Source: Planctomycetota bacterium
GTDB lineage: Bacteria > Planctomycetota > SZUA-567 > H5-PLA8
Assembly (NCBI GenBank): GCA_038227875.1
Contig: JBBRPR010000010.1
Coordinates: 96,001 to 160,000 of the forward strand
Direction: 5' to 3'
Length of the DNA: 64,000 nucleotides
Position numbers and translations under genes: made by a program. Of this stretch, positions 30,099 through 39,159 are shown piece by piece; positions within the stretch are counted from its first letter, which is position 1, and each line of letters begins with the position of its first letter. The notes under the pieces were generated by a model. The model worked only from the letters and a program-made list of their open reading frames with translations. It did not search any database and was not told the DNA's origin.

Positions 30099-30520
30099 TC
30101 GCTTAACCTCGCGTATCTTGTGGGCACTTGCATAGACCCTGCCTGCACTTCACACCTTAACAAGTGTCCCGCCAGTGGAACGCGATTTGCACATGAGCAT
30201 CCCCGATTCACGATCACGCAAAACCGTGCCGCGACTAGACTATCTCTTCTGGGGAGCTAAACTGTGCAGTGTTTTGGAGATAAGCATGACGCAGAGGTGG
30301 ACGAAGCGCTTCGTTCGCTCTGCGCGTCGCTGGCCGATCTGCTCAACGAGTTCAAGAAGCACCAGTCGTTGACTCCATTTGCAGTCTGTCCGCGTCCACC
30401 ACGTCGCTGTTCCTGCTCGGTTGGCCAGTTCAGGTTTGGCCAGGTCCGAACGGACGACGCGGTCCGGCATGCCTCGCATTCCCTGGGAAGCTCTCAGCCA
30501 GATCTGAGGTCAGGACCAAC

Positions 30521-31222
30521 ATGGTAATGGTGACGGATTCCGCCGCGGCCTTTCTGCGGCAGCTCAATACCGACATTCACGCGCATCCTTTTCTTTCCGA
30601 TCCGTTCCTTAAGCGCATGGCGACGCCCGGCGCGATCAGCCGCGAGCAGGCCCGGCGCTTCGCGGTGCTCTACTACCCGCACATTTTCCGGACGCGGCTT
30701 TACCAGGCCAACTCGCTGGGCATCGCCGCCGACGAGAACGTCCAGTTCGTGCTCGCCGAAATTCTTTACGATGAGTACGGCAACGGCGACAAGACGCGCA
30801 CCCATCCGGCCGTCTATCGCAAGTTCATGAAAGCACTCAACGTCGACGCTGCCGATTACAATACCGACCCTCGCTTCCCCGAATTGGTGCTCTACGTCGA
30901 TGCGATGATGCGCCTGACGCAAAGCGGCGACTGGCTGGCTGCGGCCGCCGCCGTCGGCATCGCCAGCGAGTGGCCGATTCCGCAGTACTACGGCGATCTG
31001 CTCAAAGGCCTCCGCACGGTGCCGGGCATTGTCGAAGACGACCTGGAATTGTTCTCCAGCCACATCGGCATCGACGAACACCATTCCAAAATGATGTACG
31101 ACGCGCTGGCGCCATACGCCGGCTCGACGGAAGGCCAGGCGCGCATCCGCGCGGGCGTGAAAGCGAATCTCGATGCGCGGCGCGTGATGATGCAGGGGCT
31201 CAACCGACTGGTCTTTGAATAA
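30521..31222 (+). CDS. Heme-oxygenase-like diiron enzyme (PqqC/CADD/TenA superfamily)
   Basis: DEYG......HPAVYRKF, ASE, FSSHIGIDEHH metal-ligand pattern. Confidence 0.8.
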   Translation: MVMVTDSAAAFLRQLNTDIHAHPFLSDPFLKRMATPGAISREQARRFAVLYYPHIFRTRLYQANSLGIAADENVQFVLAEILYDEYGNGDKTRTHPAVYRKFMKALNVDAADYNTDPRFPELVLYVDAMMRLTQSGDWLAAAAAVGIASEWPIPQYYGDLLKGLRTVPGIVEDDLELFSSHIGIDEHHSKMMYDALAPYAGSTEGQARIRAGVKANLDARRVMMQGLNRLVFE

Positions 31223-31236
31223 CCGTAGCGAAGACA

Positions 31237-31301
31237 GTTTTGAGTTTTGAGTTTTGAATTATTGCCGCCGCGAAGCCATTCAAAACTCATCACTCAAAAC
31301 T
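31237..31301. repeat. Heptamer (AGTTTTG) tandem repeat forming an inverted-repeat hairpin between convergent genes
   Basis: AGTTTTGAGTTTTGAGTTTTGAAT ... ATTCAAAACTCATCACTCAAAACT; related tracts near 32290-32320 and 40833-40860. Confidence 0.8.
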
Positions 31302-31337
31302 ATTCCGCGAGTTCCGCGCTCGGAAGGCGGCCGCTCC

Positions 31338-32255
31338 TCACACCGGTTTGATCCGGTCGATCGCCTTCTGAAACAGATCGCTGAGGATCGTCACGCGCAC
31401 GCGGTTGCCGGGGATGGGAATTTTCTCGGCGGCGAATGCGCGGTTGATCCGTTCGACGAACAGGTTGTTGATCACGTCCTGCTGCTGCGGCAGCACGTAA
31501 ACGCGGATGCGCAGGTAGACATCCTGCGTGGAACTGCTGATCACACCCTCCACGCGCGGCGGCACGGTGAAGTAGGGCAGTTCCTTCGCCAGATCGACGC
31601 AGATGCGGCCGGCGATTTCGCGGGCTTTTTCGCCGAAGCTGGCGTTTTCCAAAGAGACGTCGACGACGGCGGGAATCGCGCCGGTGGTGTAGTTGCTGAC
31701 CATGCCGATGGTGCGATTGAAGATCACGTGCTGCGCGCCAAGCTGGTCGCGGAGCTTGACCACGCGCAGTCCGATCTCTTCGACCGCGCCGGACTTGCCG
31801 TTGATCTCCACGTAATCACCCACGGCCAGTTGCTCTTCAGCGAGCATCGACAGGCCGGTAATCAAATCCTGGACGAGCCCCTGCGAGCCGAAGCCGATGG
31901 CCGCGGCGACGACCGCCGAACCGGCGAGCAGGGAATCGCGCGGCACACCCCAGAGCGTCAGAATCCAGAGCAGTGCGGCGATGTAGATGGCGTACTTGGC
32001 GGTGCTGAGCGCCAGCGAGCCGATGGTCTCAACTTTGCGCCGGTAGCTGGGATGTTTGACGACATCGACGCGGCCTTCGATCTTCTTAATGCTGCGCTTG
32101 ATGAGCCACAGGACCAGCGACGCCAGTATCAGTACGAAGATGGAATCGATGATCGTCTGCAGCACCACCGACCAGTGCGTCGCGTCGAAACGGTCCTCGT
32201 AGGCCCGTTCGAAATGATTCCAAAGCCGTTCCAGAAAATTGCTGAAGCGCCACAC
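31338..32255 (-). CDS. Small-conductance mechanosensitive channel (MscS family)
   Basis: Three TMs, AIGFGSQGLVQDLITG, VGDYVEING.SGAVEEIGLR. Confidence 0.9.
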   Translation of the reverse strand: MWRFSNFLERLWNHFERAYEDRFDATHWSVVLQTIIDSIFVLILASLVLWLIKRSIKKIEGRVDVVKHPSYRRKVETIGSLALSTAKYAIYIAALLWILTLWGVPRDSLLAGSAVVAAAIGFGSQGLVQDLITGLSMLAEEQLAVGDYVEINGKSGAVEEIGLRVVKLRDQLGAQHVIFNRTIGMVSNYTTGAIPAVVDVSLENASFGEKAREIAGRICVDLAKELPYFTVPPRVEGVISSSTQDVYLRIRVYVLPQQQDVINNLFVERINRAFAAEKIPIPGNRVRVTILSDLFQKAIDRIKPV

Positions 32256-32347
32256 GGAAAGTGCATCCTCGAGAGAAGCGGTCGCGGATAGTTTTTAGTG
32301 TTGAGTTTTTAGTTTTGAATCGCGGCCAGCGCAACTGTTGTTTGTAA

Positions 32348-32508
32348 TGGTGCCACGGATGCGCAGGTGTTTGAGCGTAGCGAAAACGCCTGTTCATCCG
32401 TGCGTGCAGCGTTTCAGGCAAAATAAGAGCGTTGGAAATTGGGGCGACTAACGCACGGATGAACGGCTGTTTTCGCGTCGCTCAAACAGCCGCGCATCCG
32501 TGGCACCA
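32348..32508. repeat. Inverted doublet of 56-bp hairpin element (family A)
   Basis: Copies at 32348-32403 and 32453-32508 in opposite orientation; TGGTGCCACGGATG...CATCCGTGC. Confidence 0.9.
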
Positions 32509-32509
32509 T

Positions 32510-34156
32510 TCACTTTCCGTCCGGCGGCTTGACGGGGCCGGCGGGCGTATTTTCCTTTGGCGGCGCGGGCTGCTGGGCTGCGGGCGGAGTCTCAGCGGCG
32601 GGGGCGTCGGGAATATTCCGCCAGCGGATCTTCCACTTGTCGCCTTCGCGGAACGCGAACTGGATCGCCGACTTCGCGACCAATCCAGCCGACGGATAGA
32701 TGTCGATGAACATCGTTGCCGAATCCTTCTTCGGGCTGTATTCGATGTTGCGCACGATCACGTCGGAGAAGGTCAGCAGCGGCACGAACGTGTCGCCGGG
32801 TTCGTCCAATTCCTGCTTGAATGAATCGGCTTCGTCGCTGGGCACAAAATCGGTGAGCGCCTTGGGGTCGCGCGTGCGGACGGCGCGCAGAAATCCCGCC
32901 AGTGCGCCGGCGGGGCCTTCTTCGGTCTCGGCCGGTTCCTTCGGAAACTTTCCGGCGGCTTTCAGCTTCAACCGTTCGAGGACCTTGTCGACGTCCTTCG
33001 GATCGATCATGTCGGGGAAGTATTCGTGGAGCATGGAGTAGCCGCGCTCGGCCTTGTGGAAGTCCCTGGTCACGTACTCGCTGGTGCCGCCGAAACACTT
33101 GGCAATGTCGACGTCGATCCGTTCCAGCGGCAGCGTAGCCATCGCCCATTCGGACAATTCCGCCACGCGCTTGTAATCGTGTTCCTGGTCCATCAGGCCG
33201 GAGAGCAAGGACGTTAACGACTGCTGCACTTCCTCGTCGATCGGGAAGGCGTTGAACGTGTCCTTCAGCTCGCGGATCGCGTCGTCGAAGCGCTTCTCGC
33301 GGACGAGCGTGTCAATAATCGACTGCCGCGCGAAACGGGTTTCCAGAGCGCGGGGAAATTCGGTGAGCAGCTTCTTGGACGTGGCGCGGACGCTTTCAAA
33401 ATCATTCAAGCGCTGAAAGGCTTCGATCTGCAGACGCAGCGACACCGGCGTCAGCCGTCCCGTTTTCCCGCTGGCCTGTTCCGCTTCCTGTGCAGTGCCG
33501 AGCACTTCCTTGTCGCGCAGCAGCAGTTTCAGTGCTTCGGCGCGATTGATCAGCAGCGATGCACGGTAGAGTCCCTGCGGCGCCGGATCGGCTTTGAACT
33601 CGACTTCCAAATCCTTCAGCTTGCGGGTGGCGGCGTCGACGTTGCCGAGCGTGCGCTTGATTTCGCTGATCGCCTGAAACGCGTGCTGCTTGACCTCCAG
33701 CACCGACGAATACGTGGCGACTTGCGTCCATTTGTTCTTGAGTTCTTCGAGCGGCTCGGCTTCCAGCGGCTTGGAGTAAATGCGTTCGCGCTGCTCTTCG
33801 GCGCCCCGGTAGAGCGCGTACGATCGTTCGTCGATTTTCGCGCGCAGATCCTTCACGCGCTTGATCAAGTCGATGTCGCTGCTTTTCAGCAGCGTGCCGA
33901 GAACGTTGTACCCGAGCTGGCCGGCGTCGTAGAAGGCCTTGCCTGCCGCTTCCTGTTTGGCCTTGTCGGTGCCCTGCATGTCCTGGAGATACGGCCCCCA
34001 ATCGGAGACCTGGCCGACCGACTGCGTTTTCGGATCTTCGCCGGCGTGAGCGGACCCCACGAACAGCGGGCCGGAGAAACTCACGGCAGCCAGACAGATC
34101 AACGCAAAACGGACAAAGGACAGCGAAAACAGTGGGGACTGTGGGAGGTGGGTCAT
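32510..34156 (-). CDS. Secreted/anchored TPR-like helical repeat protein
   Basis: Hydrophobic leader ending AHA; TPR-like helices (LLTEFP, FDDAIREL, LHEYFP); ATG 1 bp after the HMA gene stop. Confidence 0.7.
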   Translation of the reverse strand: MTHLPQSPLFSLSFVRFALICLAAVSFSGPLFVGSAHAGEDPKTQSVGQVSDWGPYLQDMQGTDKAKQEAAGKAFYDAGQLGYNVLGTLLKSSDIDLIKRVKDLRAKIDERSYALYRGAEEQRERIYSKPLEAEPLEELKNKWTQVATYSSVLEVKQHAFQAISEIKRTLGNVDAATRKLKDLEVEFKADPAPQGLYRASLLINRAEALKLLLRDKEVLGTAQEAEQASGKTGRLTPVSLRLQIEAFQRLNDFESVRATSKKLLTEFPRALETRFARQSIIDTLVREKRFDDAIRELKDTFNAFPIDEEVQQSLTSLLSGLMDQEHDYKRVAELSEWAMATLPLERIDVDIAKCFGGTSEYVTRDFHKAERGYSMLHEYFPDMIDPKDVDKVLERLKLKAAGKFPKEPAETEEGPAGALAGFLRAVRTRDPKALTDFVPSDEADSFKQELDEPGDTFVPLLTFSDVIVRNIEYSPKKDSATMFIDIYPSAGLVAKSAIQFAFREGDKWKIRWRNIPDAPAAETPPAAQQPAPPKENTPAGPVKPPDGK

Positions 34157-34157
34157 C

Positions 34158-34379
34158 TCAGCAGCACTTCTTCCCTTGAGTCCGGAAACCGGCGCCGAGC
34201 AACGCGCTGTGGAGCGCCTCGCTGGTTGTGGACTTTTCATCAAACGTCACCTCGGCAATATGATCGTCCAGCGACGTAATAACCTTGACCACGCCGGAGA
34301 CGGCCATCAACGTCGTGACGACGCGTCCAGCGCACCCATTGCACTGCATGTCGTCGACGCATAGCTTTTCGGTCATCAT
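34158..34379 (-). CDS. Heavy-metal-associated (CopZ-like) chaperone with C-terminal CC
   Basis: VDDMQCNGC MxCxxC motif, GV..V, AEVTFD, AGF. Confidence 0.85.
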   Translation of the reverse strand: MMTEKLCVDDMQCNGCAGRVVTTLMAVSGVVKVITSLDDHIAEVTFDEKSTTSEALHSALLGAGFRTQGKKCC

Positions 34380-34542
34380 GGTTTGTAAACCTCGCAAAAT
34401 TCGTGTTTTCCCGGCACGTACACTATCCAGAATTTTGCGTGAAATTCGAGTCGCGAATTTCAGTTTCCAGACTGCATGAAAATGTGGTTTAGAACGTAAA
34501 AAGTCAGACGCCGATTCTGATTCTATATAAAGTGCAAGGGCT

Positions 34543-35292
34543 TCACGCCGGCTGTTCCGGCGGATTGCCGCCCACTCCGCCGCGCGCCTTGGGATGGAAG
34601 ATCAGTCCGCTGACGAACAGCAGCCCCATCACCGCCCAGAACAGCCATTTCGGAATGCCTTCCACGTGATGCCCCATCGCGCCTTCCAGGGGCGGCTGTC
34701 CGAGGGACGCGATGACTTCGGAGCTCAACTTGATGCCGATCCACGCAACGATCAGGTACGCGGACGCTTCCAGCCCCTGGTAGCGGTCCAGCAGCTTCAG
34801 GAACAGTCCCGCCACAAAGCGCATGGTGATGATGCCCAGGATTCCGCCGAGCCAGACGATGTAAATATTGGAACTCATCGCCACCGCCGCAAGGATGGAA
34901 TCCAGGGAGAACGCAATGTCCATGCATTCGACCCAGAAAACCGTCATCCAGAAGCTGCGCGGTTTGGCCGACGGACCGGCGGGCGCGCCAGTCTTGGAAC
35001 GGTACTTGGCGTAGAAATGCCGGATTGCCAGAAAGAACAACCATCCGGCACCCACGGCCTTCAGATACCAGATGCGGATCAGGAATTGCGCCAGCCCCAC
35101 GCCGATGGCGCGAAAGATGAACGCACCGAGCAGCCCGTAGCGCAACGCATGGCCACGTTCATGGTCGGGCAGATGCTTGACCATCACGGCGAGGACCAGC
35201 GCGTTATCGGCGGAGAGCAGACCTTCCAGCACCACCAGCGTCAGGACGATGGCAGCGCTGTCGAGTAGCTGGGGTGAAAGTAGAACGTCCAT
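34543..35292 (-). CDS. TerC family (YkoY-like) membrane protein
   Basis: LEGLLSADNALVLAV, ECMDIAFSLDSILAAVA, GGILGIITMRF. Confidence 0.9.
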   Translation of the reverse strand: MDVLLSPQLLDSAAIVLTLVVLEGLLSADNALVLAVMVKHLPDHERGHALRYGLLGAFIFRAIGVGLAQFLIRIWYLKAVGAGWLFFLAIRHFYAKYRSKTGAPAGPSAKPRSFWMTVFWVECMDIAFSLDSILAAVAMSSNIYIVWLGGILGIITMRFVAGLFLKLLDRYQGLEASAYLIVAWIGIKLSSEVIASLGQPPLEGAMGHHVEGIPKWLFWAVMGLLFVSGLIFHPKARGGVGGNPPEQPA

Positions 35293-35366
35293 CCGAAAAA
35301 GGCTCGCGGCCGCGTTTAACGTCAGACGCGCGAGCTTAGCGGGGATTCAACAATTGTGCCACAGAT

Positions 35367-35816
35367 TCACGCAGCCTTCACTGTTCCCGACGCGAGGACT
35401 TCGGCGATCTTGCGGCGGAGCGCCACAGAGGAGATCGGTTTTTCAAGAAACGGCGCCGCGGGCATGTAGCCGAATTTCAGCGCGGCAGCTTCGGTGAAGC
35501 CTGACATAAAAATATGCTTGAGTCCTGGGAACAGAGCCTGCATCGCACCGGCCAGTTCCGGGCCGGTCATTTTGGGCATCACCAGATCGGTCAGCAGCAG
35601 ATCGACTTTTCCATCGCGTGCAAAGCTCAACGCTTCGGCGCCGCTGCCGGCCAGGAGTGTGCGATAGCCGCAGTTGCTCAATACGGTATGGATAAACTTC
35701 CGGCCATTGACGTCGTTGTCCACGATCAGAATCGTCGGCGGAAGGGGCGTTTCTGCCACGGCAAAGTTTGCAGGCCCCGCTGACGCTTCCGAAATGTTGG
35801 ACACGCTGTAAGTCAT
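35367..35816 (-). CDS. Single-domain response regulator receiver
   Basis: ILIVDND, LLTDLVMPKMTG, MSG, LEKP; GGAGGA RBS before ATG 35816. Confidence 0.85.
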   Translation of the reverse strand: MTYSVSNISEASAGPANFAVAETPLPPTILIVDNDVNGRKFIHTVLSNCGYRTLLAGSGAEALSFARDGKVDLLLTDLVMPKMTGPELAGAMQALFPGLKHIFMSGFTEAAALKFGYMPAAPFLEKPISSVALRRKIAEVLASGTVKAA

Positions 35817-35952
35817 ACTGTCCTCCCGCCCGAACACGCTCATGGGCAACCCGCTTAATTCCCGGGTCTGAAGTAAGTTAAGGCAACCGTTGTGCCACAC
35901 TTTTGCGCGAATTGCGTCACTTGAGTGGTAGACTTACCCCAACGACAGGTGG

Positions 35953-36465
35953 ATGGAGATGCACGTGCAACCGGCCAACATCGAAGCCATTTTCGCCAGC
36001 GGCGGCGCTCATCAGCACTTGAGTCCGCACGCGCCGTCGGACGTGATTCTTGCCGACATGGTTCGGATCCAGGCTCTCGCCGCGCACGAACGCTTGGAGG
36101 CGCTGGAGCCGTACCTCGAAGGCTGGCACGCGCGCCAGAAAGATCCAATCGAGATCGCATATTATCTCGCCGCCGCGGGATTGAGCTTCGACGAAGCGTG
36201 CGCGCTGGACGAAAGCGTCCGCTCCCGCGCGCGTGGCCAACTGAAACTCCGCGCCCGCCACGACGTGATCCGCGGCCTCGCGCTGATTGTCGCGGGGTTG
36301 GTGAGTCTGATTCTCGGCGAATGCATCGATCCTCACTTTCCGGCTTGGGCTATCGTCCTGATGGTCTGCACGATCGGCGGCGTCTCGCTGCTGGCGCGCG
36401 GCCTGCGCTTGCAGCGCCGGATCACGCCGATTTCGGACGAGGTACTGGATCGGGATAACTTTTAG
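35953..36465 (+). CDS. Hypothetical membrane protein (two C-terminal TMs)
   Basis: 170-aa ORF with genome-like codon usage and two hydrophobic segments. Confidence 0.6.
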   Translation: MEMHVQPANIEAIFASGGAHQHLSPHAPSDVILADMVRIQALAAHERLEALEPYLEGWHARQKDPIEIAYYLAAAGLSFDEACALDESVRSRARGQLKLRARHDVIRGLALIVAGLVSLILGECIDPHFPAWAIVLMVCTIGGVSLLARGLRLQRRITPISDEVLDRDNF

Positions 36466-36588
36466 GGCTCGCCGTTCTTGGCGTCTTTGGGTCTTTGCAT
36501 GAGATTTGAAAACCGTTTTTCGCAACTCGAAACTGCACACGCCTTGGTTATCGTGGACTCGGATTTTTGAATACCTTTGGGAGGTGGC

Positions 36589-37608
36589 ATGGGTCTGGGT
36601 CTTGCGTTTCGGTGTTTCTTTACGGCGCTGGGTGGCGGGGAGCCGTCGATCCGGCTGGCGCGGGCGTTGTCAGGCGTGAAAGAGCCGCCGGAGATCCGCG
36701 AAGTCATTCGCGAAGTCGCCGTGCCCACCAAGGATTCGCCGCCGCCGCGCGAGATCGTCCGCGAAGTGCCCGTCGAAGTGATCAAGGAAGTGCCCGTCGA
36801 GGTGATCAAGGAAGTCATCAAGGAAGTTCCCGTTGAGGTCGTCAAAGAGGTCATTAAGGAAGTGATCAAGGAAGTCCCGGTCGAAGTGGTCCGTGAAGTG
36901 ATTAAAGAAGTGCCGGTCGAAGTCATCAAGGAAGTCATTAAAGAGGTGGAGAAGGAAGTCATTCGCGAAGTTCCCGTCGACCGCGAGGTGATCAAGGAAG
37001 TCGAAGTGATCAAAGAGGTGATCAAAGAAGTCCCGGTGGAAGTCGTCCGCGAGGTCATCAAGGAAGTGCCCGTCGACGTCGTGCGCGAAGTAATCAAGGA
37101 GGTAATCAAGGAAGTGCCGGTCGAAGTGATCAAGGAAGTCGTGCGCGAAGTTCCGAAGGAAGTGATCAAGGAAACGATCCGCGAAATTCCTATCGAAACG
37201 ATCCGCGAAGTGCAGAAGCTCGTCCCGGACACGCACGGGCCCGCGCAGTTGCTGGCGCTGCTGCAGCAGGATGGGCGGCTCGTCGATTTCCTCAACGAAG
37301 AGATCGAAGGCTTCGAAGACGATCAGATCGGCGCGGCGGTGCGCGAGATCCATTCGAAGTGCCGCAAAGTGTTGAACAAGTACGTGCAGATCGAACCGGT
37401 GCGCACCGAGAAGGAAGGCGACGTCATTTCGCTCGGCGCGGGGTTCGATCCGTCGGCGGTGCGGCTGACGGGGCAGGTGCGCGACAAGGCGCCGATGTTC
37501 GGCACGCTGCGCCACCGCGGCTGGCGCGCGGCGAAAGTCGAGCTGCCCACGCGGCCCAGCGGCGCGGACCCGTCGATCATCATGCCCGCCGAAGTCGAGA
37601 TCGAATAA
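36589..37608 (+). CDS. DUF2760 domain protein with long EVIKEVP repeat region
   Basis: GGAGGT RBS; QLLALLQQDGRLVDFL.E.I.GF.D.QIGAAVR, GFDPSAVRLTG, GTLRHRGW, PAEVE; repeats about 36690-37215. Confidence 0.9.
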   Translation: MGLGLAFRCFFTALGGGEPSIRLARALSGVKEPPEIREVIREVAVPTKDSPPPREIVREVPVEVIKEVPVEVIKEVIKEVPVEVVKEVIKEVIKEVPVEVVREVIKEVPVEVIKEVIKEVEKEVIREVPVDREVIKEVEVIKEVIKEVPVEVVREVIKEVPVDVVREVIKEVIKEVPVEVIKEVVREVPKEVIKETIREIPIETIREVQKLVPDTHGPAQLLALLQQDGRLVDFLNEEIEGFEDDQIGAAVREIHSKCRKVLNKYVQIEPVRTEKEGDVISLGAGFDPSAVRLTGQVRDKAPMFGTLRHRGWRAAKVELPTRPSGADPSIIMPAEVEIE

Positions 37609-37611
37609 ATC

Positions 37612-39072
37612 ATGTACACGCTCGCGGATGGCAATGCCCAGGCGCCCGGCGATGTCGCCGCTTTCCTGGCGACCGTCAACGGACTCGGCGCGCATCCCGT
37701 CGCGGAAGCGCGGACCCTCTTTGATCCGAACGCCGACCTGATCGTCGCGCGCGCGCCGGGGCGGCTGGATGTGATGGGCGGCATCGCCGATTACTCCGGT
37801 TCGCTGGTGCTGCAGATGCCGACCCGCGAAGCAACGCTCGTCGCGCTGCAGCAGTCGGTGGAGCGGACTCTGAAGATCGTGAGTCTCGGCGATGCCTCGG
37901 ATCGCTCCGTCGCGTTCGAGATGCAGCTTTCGGATTTTGAAAAAGGCGGCGCACCAATTTCGTATGCGGACGCCGGCGTGCTCTTTAAGAAAGATCCGGC
38001 CAAACATTGGGCGGCCTACGTGGCCGGCGTGTTACTGGTGCTGATGCGCGAACGCGGCGCAGTGTTCTCCGGCGGCGCGCGGCTGCTGGTCTCGTCGCAG
38101 GTGCCCGAAGGAAAAGGCGTGAGTTCGTCGGCGGCGATCGAAGTCGCGGCGATGCGCGCGGTGGCGACGGCGTTTGGTTTGGAACTCGAGGCGCGCGAGC
38201 TGGCGATTCTCTGCCAGAAAGTAGAGAACCTGATCGTCGGCGCGCCGTGCGGCGTGATGGATCAGATGGCCTCGTCGTGCGGGCAGGAACATCGCCTCCT
38301 GGCATTGCTCTGCCAACCGGCCGAATTGCAGGGACTGGTCACGATTCCCGATGAGATCGCCGTCTGGGGTCTGGATTCCGGCGTGCGCCATTCGGTCTCG
38401 GGGGCCGACTACGGTTCGGTACGCGTCGGTGCGTTCATGGGCTACCGCATCATTGCCGACAAGGCCGGCTTGAACGTCGAAACGCGCGGCAAGGGCGAGC
38501 CGGTGAAGATCGACGACCCCAAGTGGCACGGCTACGTCGCGAATGTTTCGACTGACGAATTCGAGCAGACCTTCAAAGACGCGCTGCCCACGACGATCGG
38601 CGGCGCGGAGTTTTTGGATCGTTATAACGGCACGACCGATACGGTCACGCGCGTCGATCCGGCGAAGACCTACGCGGTGCGCGTGCCGACGGCGCATCCA
38701 ATCTACGAGCACGCGCGGGTGCGGAAGTTCGCCGAATTGCTGCGCGGACCGGCCGACGAGAAGCGCTTGTCGCAGCTCGGCAAACTGATGGTGCAGTCGC
38801 ATCTGAGTTACTCCGCGTGCGGACTGGGATCGGACGGCACGGACCGGCTGGTGCGGTTGGTTGAGCGCGCGGGTCCGGCGAAGGGTTTGTTCGGCGCGAA
38901 GATCACCGGCGGCGGCAGCGGCGGCACGGTCGCGGTGATTGGGCGGAAGGACGCGCAAGGCGCGATCGACGAGATCGCGGCGCTCTACGCCAAGCAGACC
39001 AAACACACGCCGCACATTTTTTCGGGCTCGTCGCCGGGGGCGTGTAGTTTTAAGGTGAATCGATTGATTTAG
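37612..39072 (+). CDS. GHMP-family sugar kinase (galactokinase / L-arabinokinase-like)
   Basis: RAPGRLDVMGGIADYSGSLVLQMP, VPEGKGVSSSAA, CGVMDQ, GAKITGGGSGG. Confidence 0.9.
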   Translation: MYTLADGNAQAPGDVAAFLATVNGLGAHPVAEARTLFDPNADLIVARAPGRLDVMGGIADYSGSLVLQMPTREATLVALQQSVERTLKIVSLGDASDRSVAFEMQLSDFEKGGAPISYADAGVLFKKDPAKHWAAYVAGVLLVLMRERGAVFSGGARLLVSSQVPEGKGVSSSAAIEVAAMRAVATAFGLELEARELAILCQKVENLIVGAPCGVMDQMASSCGQEHRLLALLCQPAELQGLVTIPDEIAVWGLDSGVRHSVSGADYGSVRVGAFMGYRIIADKAGLNVETRGKGEPVKIDDPKWHGYVANVSTDEFEQTFKDALPTTIGGAEFLDRYNGTTDTVTRVDPAKTYAVRVPTAHPIYEHARVRKFAELLRGPADEKRLSQLGKLMVQSHLSYSACGLGSDGTDRLVRLVERAGPAKGLFGAKITGGGSGGTVAVIGRKDAQGAIDEIAALYAKQTKHTPHIFSGSSPGACSFKVNRLI

Positions 39073-39074
39073 GG

Positions 39075-39145
39075 GCGGATTCTGACCAGCGGGCAAATTT
39101 GCCCGCAGGTCATTTTGACCTTCAGGCCAATTGGCCTGAAGGTAA
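39075..39145. repeat. Tandem 30-bp palindromes (family B)
   Basis: TGACCAGCGGGCAAATTTGCCCGCAGGTCA (39083-39112) and TGACCTTCAGGCCAATTGGCCTGAAGGTAA (39116-39145). Confidence 0.85.
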
Positions 39146-39159
39146 TCAGGAGGAGTGGC

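Noticed and set aside
30521..31222. Calling this gene pqqC or tenA, with an upstream TPP riboswitch
   Set aside because: No pqq or thi neighbours, and no TPP riboswitch core was found in 30099-30520
34158..34166. HMA protein ends Cys-Cys-TGA; possible selenocysteine readthrough given selD
   Set aside because: The next gene's ATG follows 1 bp later, the readthrough frame looks non-protein-like and no SECIS-like hairpin was evident
35293..35366. Possible yybP-ykoY manganese riboswitch before the TerC gene
   Set aside because: Only 74 bp with one GC hairpin; the conserved riboswitch motifs were not recognised
36690..37215. Dense direct repeats suggesting a CRISPR array
   Set aside because: In-frame coding repeats with synonymous variation, no unique spacers and no cas genes
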